The position numbers and the translations under genes are program-made. Below the pieces are notes generated by a model. The model made no database searches, was not told where the DNA came from, and was given only the letters and a program-made list of their open reading frames with translations. From an uncultured Alphaproteobacteria bacterium (GTDB taxonomy: Bacteria; Pseudomonadota; Alphaproteobacteria; Sphingomonadales; Sphingomonadaceae), in contig CAWAXE010000007.1 in assembly GCA_963785965.1 (NCBI GenBank), forward strand, positions 3-64,002: a stretch of DNA of 64,000 nucleotides. The letters are read 5' to 3'. Below, piece after piece: positions 53,226-64,000 of this stretch; positions within the stretch are counted from its first letter, which is position 1, and every line of letters starts with the position of its first letter.

Positions 53226-53387
53226 ATGAGAAAGCTGGTTTTCGCTTTAACCGCGCTCAGTCTGCTCGCGGGCTCCACGCCGTCGCTCGCGGCGCCGTGC
53301 AAGGACAAGAAGGGCAAGTTCGTCAAATGCCCGGCCAAGCCGAAATTGTGCCGCAACGCGAAGGGCCATTTCGCCAAGTGTAAATAG
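53226..53387 (+). CDS. Small secreted basic peptide with two C-x4-G-x-F-x-K-C repeats, 53 aa
   Basis: Manual translation MRKLVFALTALSLLAGSTPSLAAPCKDKKGKFVKCPAKPKLCRNAKGHFAKCK*, GGAGG RBS; not in the ORF track. Confidence 0.82.
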   Translation: MRKLVFALTALSLLAGSTPSLAAPCKDKKGKFVKCPAKPKLCRNAKGHFAKCK

Positions 53388-53400
53388 CTCGGAGGTCATC

Positions 53401-54072
53401 ATGAACCGTCTGATCCTTGCGGCCGCGCTCGCGGCCGGATGCACCCTCGCGTCCAGCGCGCCCGTGCTCGCCGCCGCGAAGAACTACGATTGTTCCAAGC
53501 CCGGCAACGCCAACAAGACGGCGTGCAAAGGCGCGGCGAAGGAGGCGACGAAGGCTGCCGCCGCAAAGCCCGCAAAGGCCGAGGCGAAAACGGCGCCGGC
53601 AAAGGCTGCCGCAACCGCGCCCAAGCCGGCGGCGACAAAGGTCACGTCGACGACCTCCACCAAGACCGTAACCCAGAAGACCTACGATTGCTCGAAGCCG
53701 GGAAACGCAAACAAGGCGGTGTGCAAGTCGGCGGCCACGACCCCGTCCAAGCCGGTCGCCAAGCAGACGACGGTCGCCACCGCGACCCGGCATTACGATT
53801 GCGCCAAGCCGGGCAACGCCAGCAAGCAGGAATGCAAGGTCTCGACGTCGGCGAACCAGACCGTGTCGAAGCCAGTGGCCGTGTCGAAGCCGGCGGCTGC
53901 GACTGTCGCGCCAAAGGTTGCGCCGAAGCGGACGGCCGCGCCGACCAGCGCCGCGGTCGAGGATCACAATCCCTCCGGAGCGATCGCCCAATGCAAGGAC
54001 GGGACCTATAGCCACGCCAAAGCGCGCACCGGCGCCTGCTCGCGTCACGGCGGCGTTGGCAAGTGGATGTAG
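53401..54072 (+). CDS. Secreted DUF3761-domain protein with three YDCxKPGNAxKxxCK repeats
   Basis: Signal peptide, three repeats, C-terminal AQCKDGTYSH....GACSRHGGV..W. Confidence 0.88.
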   Translation: MNRLILAAALAAGCTLASSAPVLAAAKNYDCSKPGNANKTACKGAAKEATKAAAAKPAKAEAKTAPAKAAATAPKPAATKVTSTTSTKTVTQKTYDCSKPGNANKAVCKSAATTPSKPVAKQTTVATATRHYDCAKPGNASKQECKVSTSANQTVSKPVAVSKPAAATVAPKVAPKRTAAPTSAAVEDHNPSGAIAQCKDGTYSHAKARTGACSRHGGVGKWM

Positions 54073-54203
54073 GCTGAGCGATGCGGCCGGACTCGCCGGC
54101 CGCCGCGGTTCAGGTGACCGAGCGGGAGGCGTGTGGCTAGTCTTCCCGACATTCTTTTGCACGCGAAGACGTGTGTTTTCGCGCCGGCCTCTCCGCGACA
54201 ATC

Positions 54204-54807
54204 CTATTTGGCCTTCGCCTGCGCCTCGACCTTCGCGGCGACGTCGGGGTGCGCCTTCAGATAGGCGATGACCTTCTCCTTGAACCCGGCGAGCATCGGT
54301 TTCGCCGTTGCTTGCGCGTCGGCCATCATTTCCGACATGACTTTCCCCACCACCGGGTCGCCCATGATCGCCGTGGTACGGGAGAAGTAATGGGTTCCCG
54401 ACGGCGTTTGCGCGAAGGCGTGGATGTCCTTCAGCTCCGGCGGCCGAGAATTCATGCGTGTAGGCGATCGCCATCGCGTCGAGCATCTTCGGCATGTTCC
54501 TCTGCAGCAGCGGCCGCTGCTCGGCGAGCGTTTCGTCGAGGAAATCGGTCATCAGCTTCTGGAAGCCGGGGTCGGTGATCGCTTCCAGCGGGAGGCTCTT
54601 GCGCATTGGGGCCGACAGATTGGTCAGCATGTCGTCGATCATTTTTTTCCGCTCTGCCGGCGGGAACATGATGGCGATGATCGCGTGCGCCTCGGCGAGC
54701 TTCGCCGGGTCGGCCGCCTGAACGGCAGGCGCAGGCTGCGCCGAAGCGGCGGCCGGCGCCAGGACGATGAGCGATACGCCAGCAAGCGGCGCCAGAAACT
54801 TCCTCAT
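54204..54807 (-). CDS. Secreted DUF2059-domain protein (frameshift near 54450)
   Basis: Signal peptide, DPAKLAEA, AMAIAYTHEFS joined to ELKDIHAFAQTPSG. Confidence 0.8.
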
Positions 54808-54946
54808 GATACTCCCCCTCAAAACCCCGGAGCAGACGCGCGATGGTAGAGGAGAGGGGCGAGGGATCAAGGGGGACGGAAACGACAACGCCGGCGCCAT
54901 TGCTGGCGTCGGCGTTGGGCCCCTCGCGGTGGTGGGCAGCTGATCC

Positions 54947-55329
54947 TTATGCGGGGATCAGCGCTTTGCCGAAGGCGAAGTCGAGCGCTTCCTTGCGCTC
55001 TTCGGGCTCGTAGACGCGATAGTGCACAAACGGCAGCACCGCGCTTTCGAAGCGGGTGAGCACCCGCACCCACGCCTGGTCGGCGACCACAGCGACGCGG
55101 CCGAAGCGATCCATCTTGCTGAACAGCGGGAAGCTGCGGCTGAAATGATGCGGAAGCGCGGAGAGCTCGAGGCTCTCGATCCCCTTCGTCTCGACGTAGA
55201 AGTGGATCTTGCCCGGCTTCACGAACATGTCCTCGATCCGGTCGACGATCACATCGAGGTCCTTGCCGGTGATCGTTTGGTCAGCTTGACCGCCAGCACA
55301 TCGTCGGGGCTTTTGATGAATTCGAGCAT
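54947..55329 (-). CDS. SpoIIAA-like (STAS/SEC14) protein (frameshift near 55275)
   Basis: MLEFIKSPDDVLAVKL...ITGKDL, FGRVAVVADQAWV, YEPEERKEALDF. Confidence 0.82.
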
Positions 55330-55498
55330 GGCGTTTCTCCTCTTCGTGTGTGGCAGTGACAGGAGTCGCTGTAGGCCACGACAGAGGCGCGCGAATTGCG
55401 CCAGATCACTTGTTTGGGGCGGGAGCGGGGATGCGTGTGTTTCGTAAATTGTTACCGAAATCCGCAATCTGGCTCTCCAAGTTGCCACAAACCGCCAG

Positions 55499-55526
55499 AA
55501 TCGTCCGCAGATAGGCGGAAAGCGAC
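55499..55526 (+). repeat. GTCCGC...GCGGAC palindrome-family copy (degenerate)
   Basis: aatcgtccgcagataggcggaaagcgac aligns with aatgtccgcaatgggtcgaaagcggac. Confidence 0.55.
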
Positions 55527-55600
55527 TGAGATCTGCCGAACTTGGACCCTTGGCGGGCTATCCAAGAACGTGCAGCATCCACATCAAATAGGAGGCTGCT

Positions 55601-56683
55601 GTGGGGTGGGTTATTCGAATATTGCTTACCGCATTCGTTGCGGTGTCTGTCGGTTCGATTTTGCCGGTTCCGGCGGCCGCGGCCGAACCAGCGCGGCCAA
55701 GCTTCGATTGCTTGCTGACGAAGGACCTCATCGAGCGAACGATCTGTGACAATTCCGTTTTAGCTGAACAGGATGCGCTCATGAGCCAACTCTATGCGGC
55801 GACCCGAACCAGCGCGCTCGGCCAAGGCCCATCCAATGAACTCGCGGCTCAGCGCGAATGGCTTAAGAACCGCAGCAGTTGCCGAGCGCTCGACCGTTCG
55901 ACCAAGCCATCGCGGGTTGAATGTCTACGCGAGGCTCCTGATAAGGATCGAAACCAAGGGCTGGCCGTCGCGGCGCTCTTCACTGAGCCAGCGCTCGCGC
56001 GAGAGACGCTGCGCCGCATCGATCCCGAGGGAGCACCGCTGTACGAAGCACTTGTTGGTTATGTAAATGCGCCCGAGGAAACGAACTGGGCGACGGCACC
56101 GCAGCGGCCTCAGATGATCCGCTTGCTCCAACCCTATTTCGACCGCTTCGCAACGGATGGCGATCTGACCTACGGTCACGATATCCTTACCAGCGCTAAA
56201 ATACTGACTCCGCTGAGATGCGCTGAGATCGGAAGAAATTTCGTGCAGTTTCCGCAGGTCGCCTCGGCCTATTCCGGCGCTCAGACCGATCCCGCGCCCC
56301 GTTCCCCTGTGCCTGAACATCATCCGGCCGCCCAGGAATGCTAGATGCTACTGGCGCAATGTTCGAGCAAGCACATCCACAATTTCTTCTTCTATCCGAA
56401 TTGCATCGCATCCACACGCTGCCTGCGATGCCAAAGCTCGAGGCGCTGCGCAACGGATCAACGTAGAGCTGGCCCGATCTGCGATGGGACAATTCGTGAT
56501 CCGCCTACAGGGCCTTCGTGCGAGACCGTGAACGGCGCACGCGCAGCGAAACGCCACGGACATCCGTGCGGTTCGCTGAGATCGGGGATGCCTGCGCAAG
56601 CCAAGCTCGGGATGCGCGGCGTAAAGGGGCGCGTCAGCTCGAAGCTAGAGATAGCCCGGCTGTCACGAGCTCTGAGCACCTGA
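55601..56683 (+). CDS. Secreted LprI/DUF1311-family protein (frameshifted; 3' end approximate)
   Basis: Signal peptide, PSFDC, IERTICD..L...D..M..LY, QREWLKNRSSC, VECL; lower GC than its flanks. Confidence 0.7.
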
Positions 56684-56714
56684 CCGTACCGAGTCTATCA
56701 AAACGCAGATGCTG

Positions 56715-56740
56715 AATGTCGGCCCGATCTGTACGCCGAC
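56715..56740 (+). repeat. Possible GTCCGC-family palindrome variant
   Basis: aatgtcggc-N11-gccgac: same AATGTC lead and loop size, with a compensatory stem change. Confidence 0.45.
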
Positions 56741-56979
56741 GAAGCAGGCTGCACGATATACTGGTCTGCGGAACATAGCTGCGGGGATATGCCAGAGCAG
56801 TAGGGGGCCCGAATCCCGCCCGTCCGCAGCCACGGGACACCGGATGCGGCCCGAATCTAGGGCGAGAGGTCGAATTCGGGCCGATGGAAGTGCGGCCATG
56901 GTCGAAGGGAATTGATGGCCAAGACGAGGTCGAGGTTCTTCGCAGTTTCGCCGATATACTTTTGAGACGATTGGCGGCA

Positions 56980-57045
56980 GACCCCTCCACCATCCGCTCT
57001 TGCGGCGGATGGTTCCTCCTCCCCACGACTCCGCCTCAGGGAGGA
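56980..57045 (+). repeat. REP-like double-hairpin repeat (CCCCTCCACCA family), copy 2
   Basis: gacccctccacca-tccgc...gcgga-tggttcctcctcccca...gggagga, just downstream of the rpoD stop. Confidence 0.7.
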
Positions 57046-57054
57046 AGCGGGAGA

Positions 57055-59102
<2,048 letters not shown>

Positions 59103-59114
59103 TGATTCTGCCAC

Positions 59115-60964
59115 TTAGTCGGTGCCGGCAAGGGATGCCAGCCTCTGCCTCAATCCGTGCCGCGCCTGCATCAGGCGCTGCTGCTCTGCCAGGGCCTCGT
59201 CGGTCAAATCTCGCTTCAGCCGTTCCGTTGCATCCTCCAGGGCCTTGTCGACCTCCTCCGCCGCGGCGATAATTTCCACGGCTGCAGCCAGATCGCTTCG
59301 GGCGCGGTCCGGGTCACTGTCGCGGCGGGTGAAGGAGAACCCCATGGTGCGAGGGAGAGCCCTTTCCCTTGGCCGCCCGCCGCTCCGTCGGTTCCCAAGA
59401 TAGTGGCAAGCGCCTGCCGATCAAGCGTAGCGCCGGAAAACGCCGCGTTAACGAGCTCGTCGCGCAGTTTCGACGTGCCTCTGTCGGAGATCGGAAGGGC
59501 CGCGAGCTGCTCGCAATGGGTAGGCAGCTCTTCGGGAAAATTGGCGAAACCGAGGATGAGAGCGCGGGCGGTCGGGGCGTCAATTCCGGTCGAGGCGATC
59601 GAGCGGGCGCGGTCGCCGACGGGCGGCTCAGGGGGGACGAAGCGGCCGTTCTTGAAGCTGCCGCCGCGGCGCTGCGGTTGGCGCGGTCCGGATCCGCTGG
59701 CTTCGCGCGGCCTGCGCAGCTCGTAGAAGCGGTTGAGCCAGTCTTCGCGATAGAGGCGCGCGAGGTCGGGGCTGCCGATCGTCGCCGAATGATTGAGCAG
59801 CCGCTGCTTGAGGCTCGCCCAGGCTTCGGGCGTGGCGAGGGGCTCGGCCTCGACCTCGTGCCGCCACAGCCGCGCGTCGAGCGGCTCGGGCTTGGCGAGC
59901 AAAGCCTCAAACGCCTCGCGTCCGCCAGCACGGACGACATCGTCGGGATCCTGCCCTGGCGGAAGCTCGACGAACCGCAGCGTGCGCTCGGGGCCGACGT
60001 GGGGCAGGGCGCGTAGCGCTGCCCGCACCGCCGCCTTCCGACCGGCGCTGTCGCCGTCGAAGCACAGGATAGGCGAGGGGTCGAGGCGCCACATGCGCTC
60101 GAGCTGCGCCTCCGTCACCGCGGTGCCGTTCGGCGCCACCACCTCGGAAATTCCGGCGCGGTCGAGCGCGATCACGTCCATATAGCCTTCGACCACAATC
60201 AGGCGCTTGGCGGACCGGCTCGCAGGGCTGGCGCGGTCGATATTGTAGAGGGTGCGGCCCTTATCGAATAGCGGCGTGTCCGGGGAGTTGAGGTATTTGG
60301 GCTCGCCTTGGCCGAGAATTCGCCCGCCGAACGCGATGACCCGGCCGCGCGCGTCGCGGATGGGGATCATCAGCCGCCCGCGGAAGCGGTCGTAAGTGTC
60401 GCCCTCCTCCGGCTTGATGAGCATCCCGGTCTCGACCAGCCGGTCCTCGCCGAGCTTTTCGAGCGCCCGCTTCAAGGCGGTGCGGCTGTCCGGCGCGAGC
60501 CCCAGGCCGAAGCGCTGCATCGCCGCAGGGTCGATGTCGCGGCGCTTCAGATATTCGCGCGCGTCGGCTCCGGCGATGCCCTGCAGCTGGTCAGAATACC
60601 ATTTCGCGACTTCCGCCATGACGTCAGTGAGAGACGCGGTGCGTTCCGCCCGTTCACGCGCCTGCGGGTCGGGGGCGGGGACTTCGAGGCCAGCCTTGGC
60701 CGCGAGCTCCTTCACCGCGTCCATGAACTGCATCCCGCGCTGGTCGGTGAGGAAGCGGATCGCGTCCCCGTGCGCGCCGCAGCCGAAGCAATGGTAGAAG
60801 CCTTTGTCGTCGTTGACGGTGAAGCTCGGGGTCTTTTCGTTGTGGAAGGGGCAGCACGCCTTCCATTCACGGCCAGCGCGGAGGAGCTTCACCGACGGCG
60901 CAATGACCGCCGACAGCATTGTCCGCGCGCGAAGCTCGTCGAGAAAGCCTGTGGAGAGGGTCAA
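59115..60964 (-). CDS. dnaG: DNA primase (frameshift near 59370)
   Basis: CCPFHNEKTPSF, CFGC, DRFRGRLMIPI, KYLNSPDT, VEGYMDV, CFDGDSAG, DPDD. Confidence 0.97.
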
Positions 60965-60968
60965 GTAA

Positions 60969-61100
60969 GCCCCCTACCGCTTGCGGGAGGGGGTTGGGGT
61001 GGGTGCAATGAGTGTCGGCGTTTGTTTGGACGCGGACGAAAGTGCGGCATCATATTGTGATGCCTGTCTGGAGTCCCTCCCGCAAGCGCGCGCGGGGACT
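60969..61100. repeat. Inverted pair of REP-like CCCCTCCCGCTTGCGGGAGGGG elements
   Basis: cccctaccgcttgcgggagggggttggggtggg and ccctcccgcaagcgcgcgcgggg flank a ~70-bp spacer. Confidence 0.62.
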
Positions 61101-61108
61101 TATCCACA
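61100..61108 (+). promoter_or_regulatory. Perfect DnaA box upstream of dnaG
   Basis: TTATCCACA, intergenic. Confidence 0.5.
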
Positions 61109-61234
61109 GGTCCGCGGGCAATTTTCGCGCGCGAATAATTGACGGAGTAGCGGAGCGCGATTCCGGCTACACTGTTACAGTTCCGAAACGGTGGCGGAAG
61201 ATCGCCGAACGGAATCACAAGGGAGGGAATTGAT

Positions 61235-61612
61235 ATGTTGATGAAGATCGGCGGGCTCGCCCGCGCTATCGCCATTATCCTTGCGATCGTGGCCGGTTTC
61301 GTCGCGCTCACCATGATGAACGTGCCGCTCGTGCTCGTCGTGCTCGGGCTTGTTGCCGGCCTCGCGCTACCCGAAGAGCGGCAGGTCGCTGCGATGCTCG
61401 TGGTTGTCGTTCTGCCGATTGTCGGCACCGTTCTTACTCAAATTCCGACAATTGGTGCGCAACTCAACGCGGTCGCGCTCAATCTTCAAATCGCAACCGC
61501 GGGTGCCGTTGCCACCGCGATCGCCATTCGCTTCTATCATTTGGCGATGGACGGCGTGACGGGGCTTGCCGGCGGTGGAAGCGCCGGTGCGCCAGCCGTA
61601 GCCACACACTAG
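61235..61612 (+). CDS. Hypothetical membrane protein, about 4 TM helices
   Basis: 125-aa hydrophobic ORF with GGGAGG RBS, followed by a terminator. Confidence 0.75.
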   Translation: MLMKIGGLARAIAIILAIVAGFVALTMMNVPLVLVVLGLVAGLALPEERQVAAMLVVVVLPIVGTVLTQIPTIGAQLNAVALNLQIATAGAVATAIAIRFYHLAMDGVTGLAGGGSAGAPAVATH

Positions 61613-61631
61613 TTCACTCAATCCGTCTTTG

Positions 61632-61665
61632 GGCTCCGTTGCGCATTGCGGCGGAGCCTTTTTTG
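61632..61665 (+). terminator. Intrinsic terminator
   Basis: ggctccgttgc-gcatt-gcggcggagcc followed by a T run. Confidence 0.8.
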
Positions 61666-61673
61666 CGGCCTGC

Positions 61674-62126
61674 TTAAGAAAGCGCAGCTTTCACCAGGCC
61701 GCTGGCGCGGGCGGGCTCGACCGAGGCGCCGAGGCGCTCTTTCACCAGAGCCATCACGCGGCCCATGTCCTTCATTGACGAAGCGCCCGTCTCCGCCACA
61801 ATCGCGCGGATCTGCTGCTCCGCTTCCGTGTCGCTGAGCTGCTGGGGCAGGAAGCGCTCGATCACGCGGATCTCGCCTTCTTCGATTTCGGCGCGCTCCT
61901 CGCGGCCGTTCTTGCGGTAGATGTCGGCCGACTCGCGGCGCTGCTTGATCAGTTTCTGCAGCACTTCGGTGACTAGCGCGTCGTCGTCCTTCGGAGCGCC
62001 TCCGGTCCGCGCCTCGATATCGCGGTTCTTGATCGCGGCAGAGGCCATGCGAAGCGTGCCGGTGGTCTCCTTGTCGCCGCCCTTCATCGCGGCGATTGTC
62101 GCGGCCTTGATGTCGTCTCTAATCAT
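61674..62126 (-). CDS. GatB/YqeY-domain protein
   Basis: AAMKGGDK, KQRRES, ERFLPQQLS, MKDMGRVM; conserved between carA and dnaG. Confidence 0.92.
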   Translation of the reverse strand: MIRDDIKAATIAAMKGGDKETTGTLRMASAAIKNRDIEARTGGAPKDDDALVTEVLQKLIKQRRESADIYRKNGREERAEIEEGEIRVIERFLPQQLSDTEAEQQIRAIVAETGASSMKDMGRVMALVKERLGASVEPARASGLVKAALS

Positions 62127-62267
62127 CGTCTCGGCTCATGCAGGAAACCGCCAGCCCTAGCCGCCGATTTCTCACCTGACCAGCCGTTGACCGGCACGCA
62201 CAAAGGGCATAGCGGCAACGTCTTAGCGACATCGCTGAAACGCTCTCACGGGAAGGCTCCTCCGCCC

Positions 62268-63456
62268 ATGGCCGACGTACGACCCTTGCCCGCGCCCCGA
62301 CCAGAGGGCGCGACGGGAGTCGTGGTGTTCGCTGACGGGCGGACATTGTGGGGGCAGGGCTTCGGCGCCGAGGGCGAAGCGGTCGGCGAGCTGTGCTTCA
62401 ACACCGCGATGACCGGCTATCAGGAAGTGATGACCGACCCGAGCTACGCGAAGCAGGTGATCGCCTTCACCTTCCCGCATATCGGCAATGTCGGCGCCAA
62501 CGACGAGGACGTCGAGGCGGCGGAGGCGCATGCGCTCGGCTGCCTGGTGCGCGAAGTGGTGACCGAGCCGAGCAATTACCGCGCCAACCAGGGCTTTGCC
62601 GACTGGATGCGCAAATGGGGGCGGATCGGGATCGCCGGCGTCGACACGCGCGCGCTGACCAAGCTGGTGCGGATGGAAGGACCGCCGACGATCGCCATTG
62701 CGCACCGGGCGGACGGGGAGTTCGACCTGGATGCGCTGCAGCGTATGGCGGCGGATTGGCCGGGGCTCGAGGGCATGGACCTGGCGAAGGGGGTCAGCCG
62801 GCTGCAGGTCGAGCGCTGGAGCGGGGGCAAGTGGGTGGGGCAGGGGTATCGAGCATGAGTGGAGAGTCCCCAGCGGGAACTCTCCCTGACGCGAGCGGCC
62901 CCACGTCGTCGCCGTCGATTACGGCTCCAAGCGCAACATCTTCCGCAATTTGTGCGAAGCCGGGGCGCGGGTGACGATCGTGCCGGCGAGCGCGACCTTC
63001 GACGAGATCATGGCGCACGAGCCCGACGGCTTCTTCCTCTCGAACGGGCCGGGCGACCCGGCGGCGACGGGCGAATATGCGGTGCCGGTGATCCGCCAGA
63101 TGCTCGAGACGAAGAAGCCGTTGTTTGGCATATGCCTCGGGCACCAGATGCTTGCGCTGGCGGTCGGCGGGAAGACGTCGAAGATGTTCCAGGGCCACCG
63201 CGGCGCCAACCATCCGGTCAAGCGCCTCGCCGACGGGCGGGTCGAGATTACCAGCATGAACCACGGCTTCGCGGTCGAGCGCGAGGGCATGCCGGACCAT
63301 GTGCGCGAGACGCATGTGTCGCTGTTCGACGGCAGCAATTGCGGGATCGAACTGACCGACCGCCCGGCGTTCAGCGTGCAATACCACCCCGAAGCGAGCC
63401 CGGGCCCGCAGGACAGCTTCTATCTGTTCGAGAAGTTTGTGGGGGCGATGAAGTGA
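62268..63456 (+). CDS. carA: Carbamoyl-phosphate synthase small subunit (frameshifts near 62835-62900)
   Basis: GELCFNTAMTGYQEVMTDPSY, GVDTRALT, LSNGPGDP, FGICLGHQ, SVQYHPEASPGP. Confidence 0.96.
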
Positions 63457-63755
63457 TGCCAGCGCTTCCACCCCAGTCAACTGCGGTCCACTGCCTTGCA
63501 CCCGAGCAAGCCAAGAGTGCATCGCTTTATTTGGACCTCAGCGGGAAGCCTGTGCAGCTCCACGCCGCACTTGCACAATTTGGACCGGGTTGGTCGATGG
63601 TCACAAATCAGAGCAGGCACGGGGTTGGGTTCGCGCGCCTCAAGCACTCTGTCGATATTACGTACAAAGACTTGGGAGCGTTGATCATTAAGCTCCAGGA
63701 GCGAGGGCTCTCTGCGAAATTCTCAACAGTTCCGCCCATTTGCGGGATGCAATGA
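63456..63755 (+). CDS. Hypothetical protein, 99 aa
   Basis: ATG overlaps the carA stop (TGATG); lower GC; no recognisable motif. Confidence 0.5.
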   Translation: MPALPPQSTAVHCLAPEQAKSASLYLDLSGKPVQLHAALAQFGPGWSMVTNQSRHGVGFARLKHSVDITYKDLGALIIKLQERGLSAKFSTVPPICGMQ

Positions 63756-63779
63756 TTGTGTTGCGGCTTGGTAAATTCG

Positions 63780-64000
63780 AAGGCGACGGTCGTGTTCTTC
63801 TCGAACTTCGGCGCGGCGTTTACCGCGAAGATCGCGGACATTCCGGCGTCGACCGGGTACGGCGATCCGATTCAGAAGCTGTTCAAGCTGAAAGACGGCG
63901 AGCGCATCGTCAACGCGTTGAGCCTCGATCCGCGCCAGATCGGCGAGATCAAGTCAACGAAGCCGGAGATCCCGCCGAAGGTGCATGCGGTCGGCGTGTC
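63780..64000 (+). other. Internal fragment of a GyrA/ParC C-terminal domain, beginning mid-gene
   Basis: KATVVFFSNFGAAFTAKIADIPASTGYGDPIQKLFKLKDGERIVNALSLDPR resembles a beta-pinwheel blade; an in-frame TGA at 63753-63755 leaves no room for the N-terminal domains. Confidence 0.7.

Noticed and set aside
53480-53840. CRISPR-like spaced repeats
   Set aside because: These are in-frame protein repeats (YDCxKPGNA) with synonymous variation; no cas genes or constant-length spacers anywhere in the window.
62856-62858. TGA inside carA as a recoding site
   Set aside because: The downstream domain is in another frame and the region is a variable linker with indels; not read-through.

Overview
High-GC alphaproteobacterial chromosome segment, most likely Sphingomonadaceae (Sphingomonas/Sphingomicrobium-like), judged from gene order and protein sequences. 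The housekeeping backbone is ahcY-divL-tsaE-amgK-murU-addB-addA-trxA, secA, putA, a type I secretion ABC/MFP pair, tRNA-Asn, NAD kinase, mfd, sdhE, recG, tyrS, namZ, an MCP, panD, msrB, rpoD-dnaG, yqeY and carA. Many genes, including essential ones, carry single-base frameshifts, which points to long-read indel errors rather than real pseudogenes; coordinates below span the reconstructed genes. The most interesting accessory signals are: (1) four paralogous secreted WTGDDDLR/DNWNV proteins at 1-2740, one of them on the minus strand and missed by the ORF track, plus a relic of a fifth; (2) a ~28-bp palindrome family (AATGTCCGC-N11/12-GCGGAC) bracketing single lower-GC genes like cassette boundaries; (3) a ~105-bp direct repeat enclosing a four-gene stress cassette within a cluster of EcfG-type promoters; (4) an operon of two small secreted Cys-repeat proteins; (5) an actinobacterial-looking panD; (6) an abrupt mid-gene topoisomerase fragment at the right end, probably a chimeric junction. 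No CRISPR array, integrase, transposase or rRNA was seen. All family assignments come from motif recognition by eye; no searches were run.
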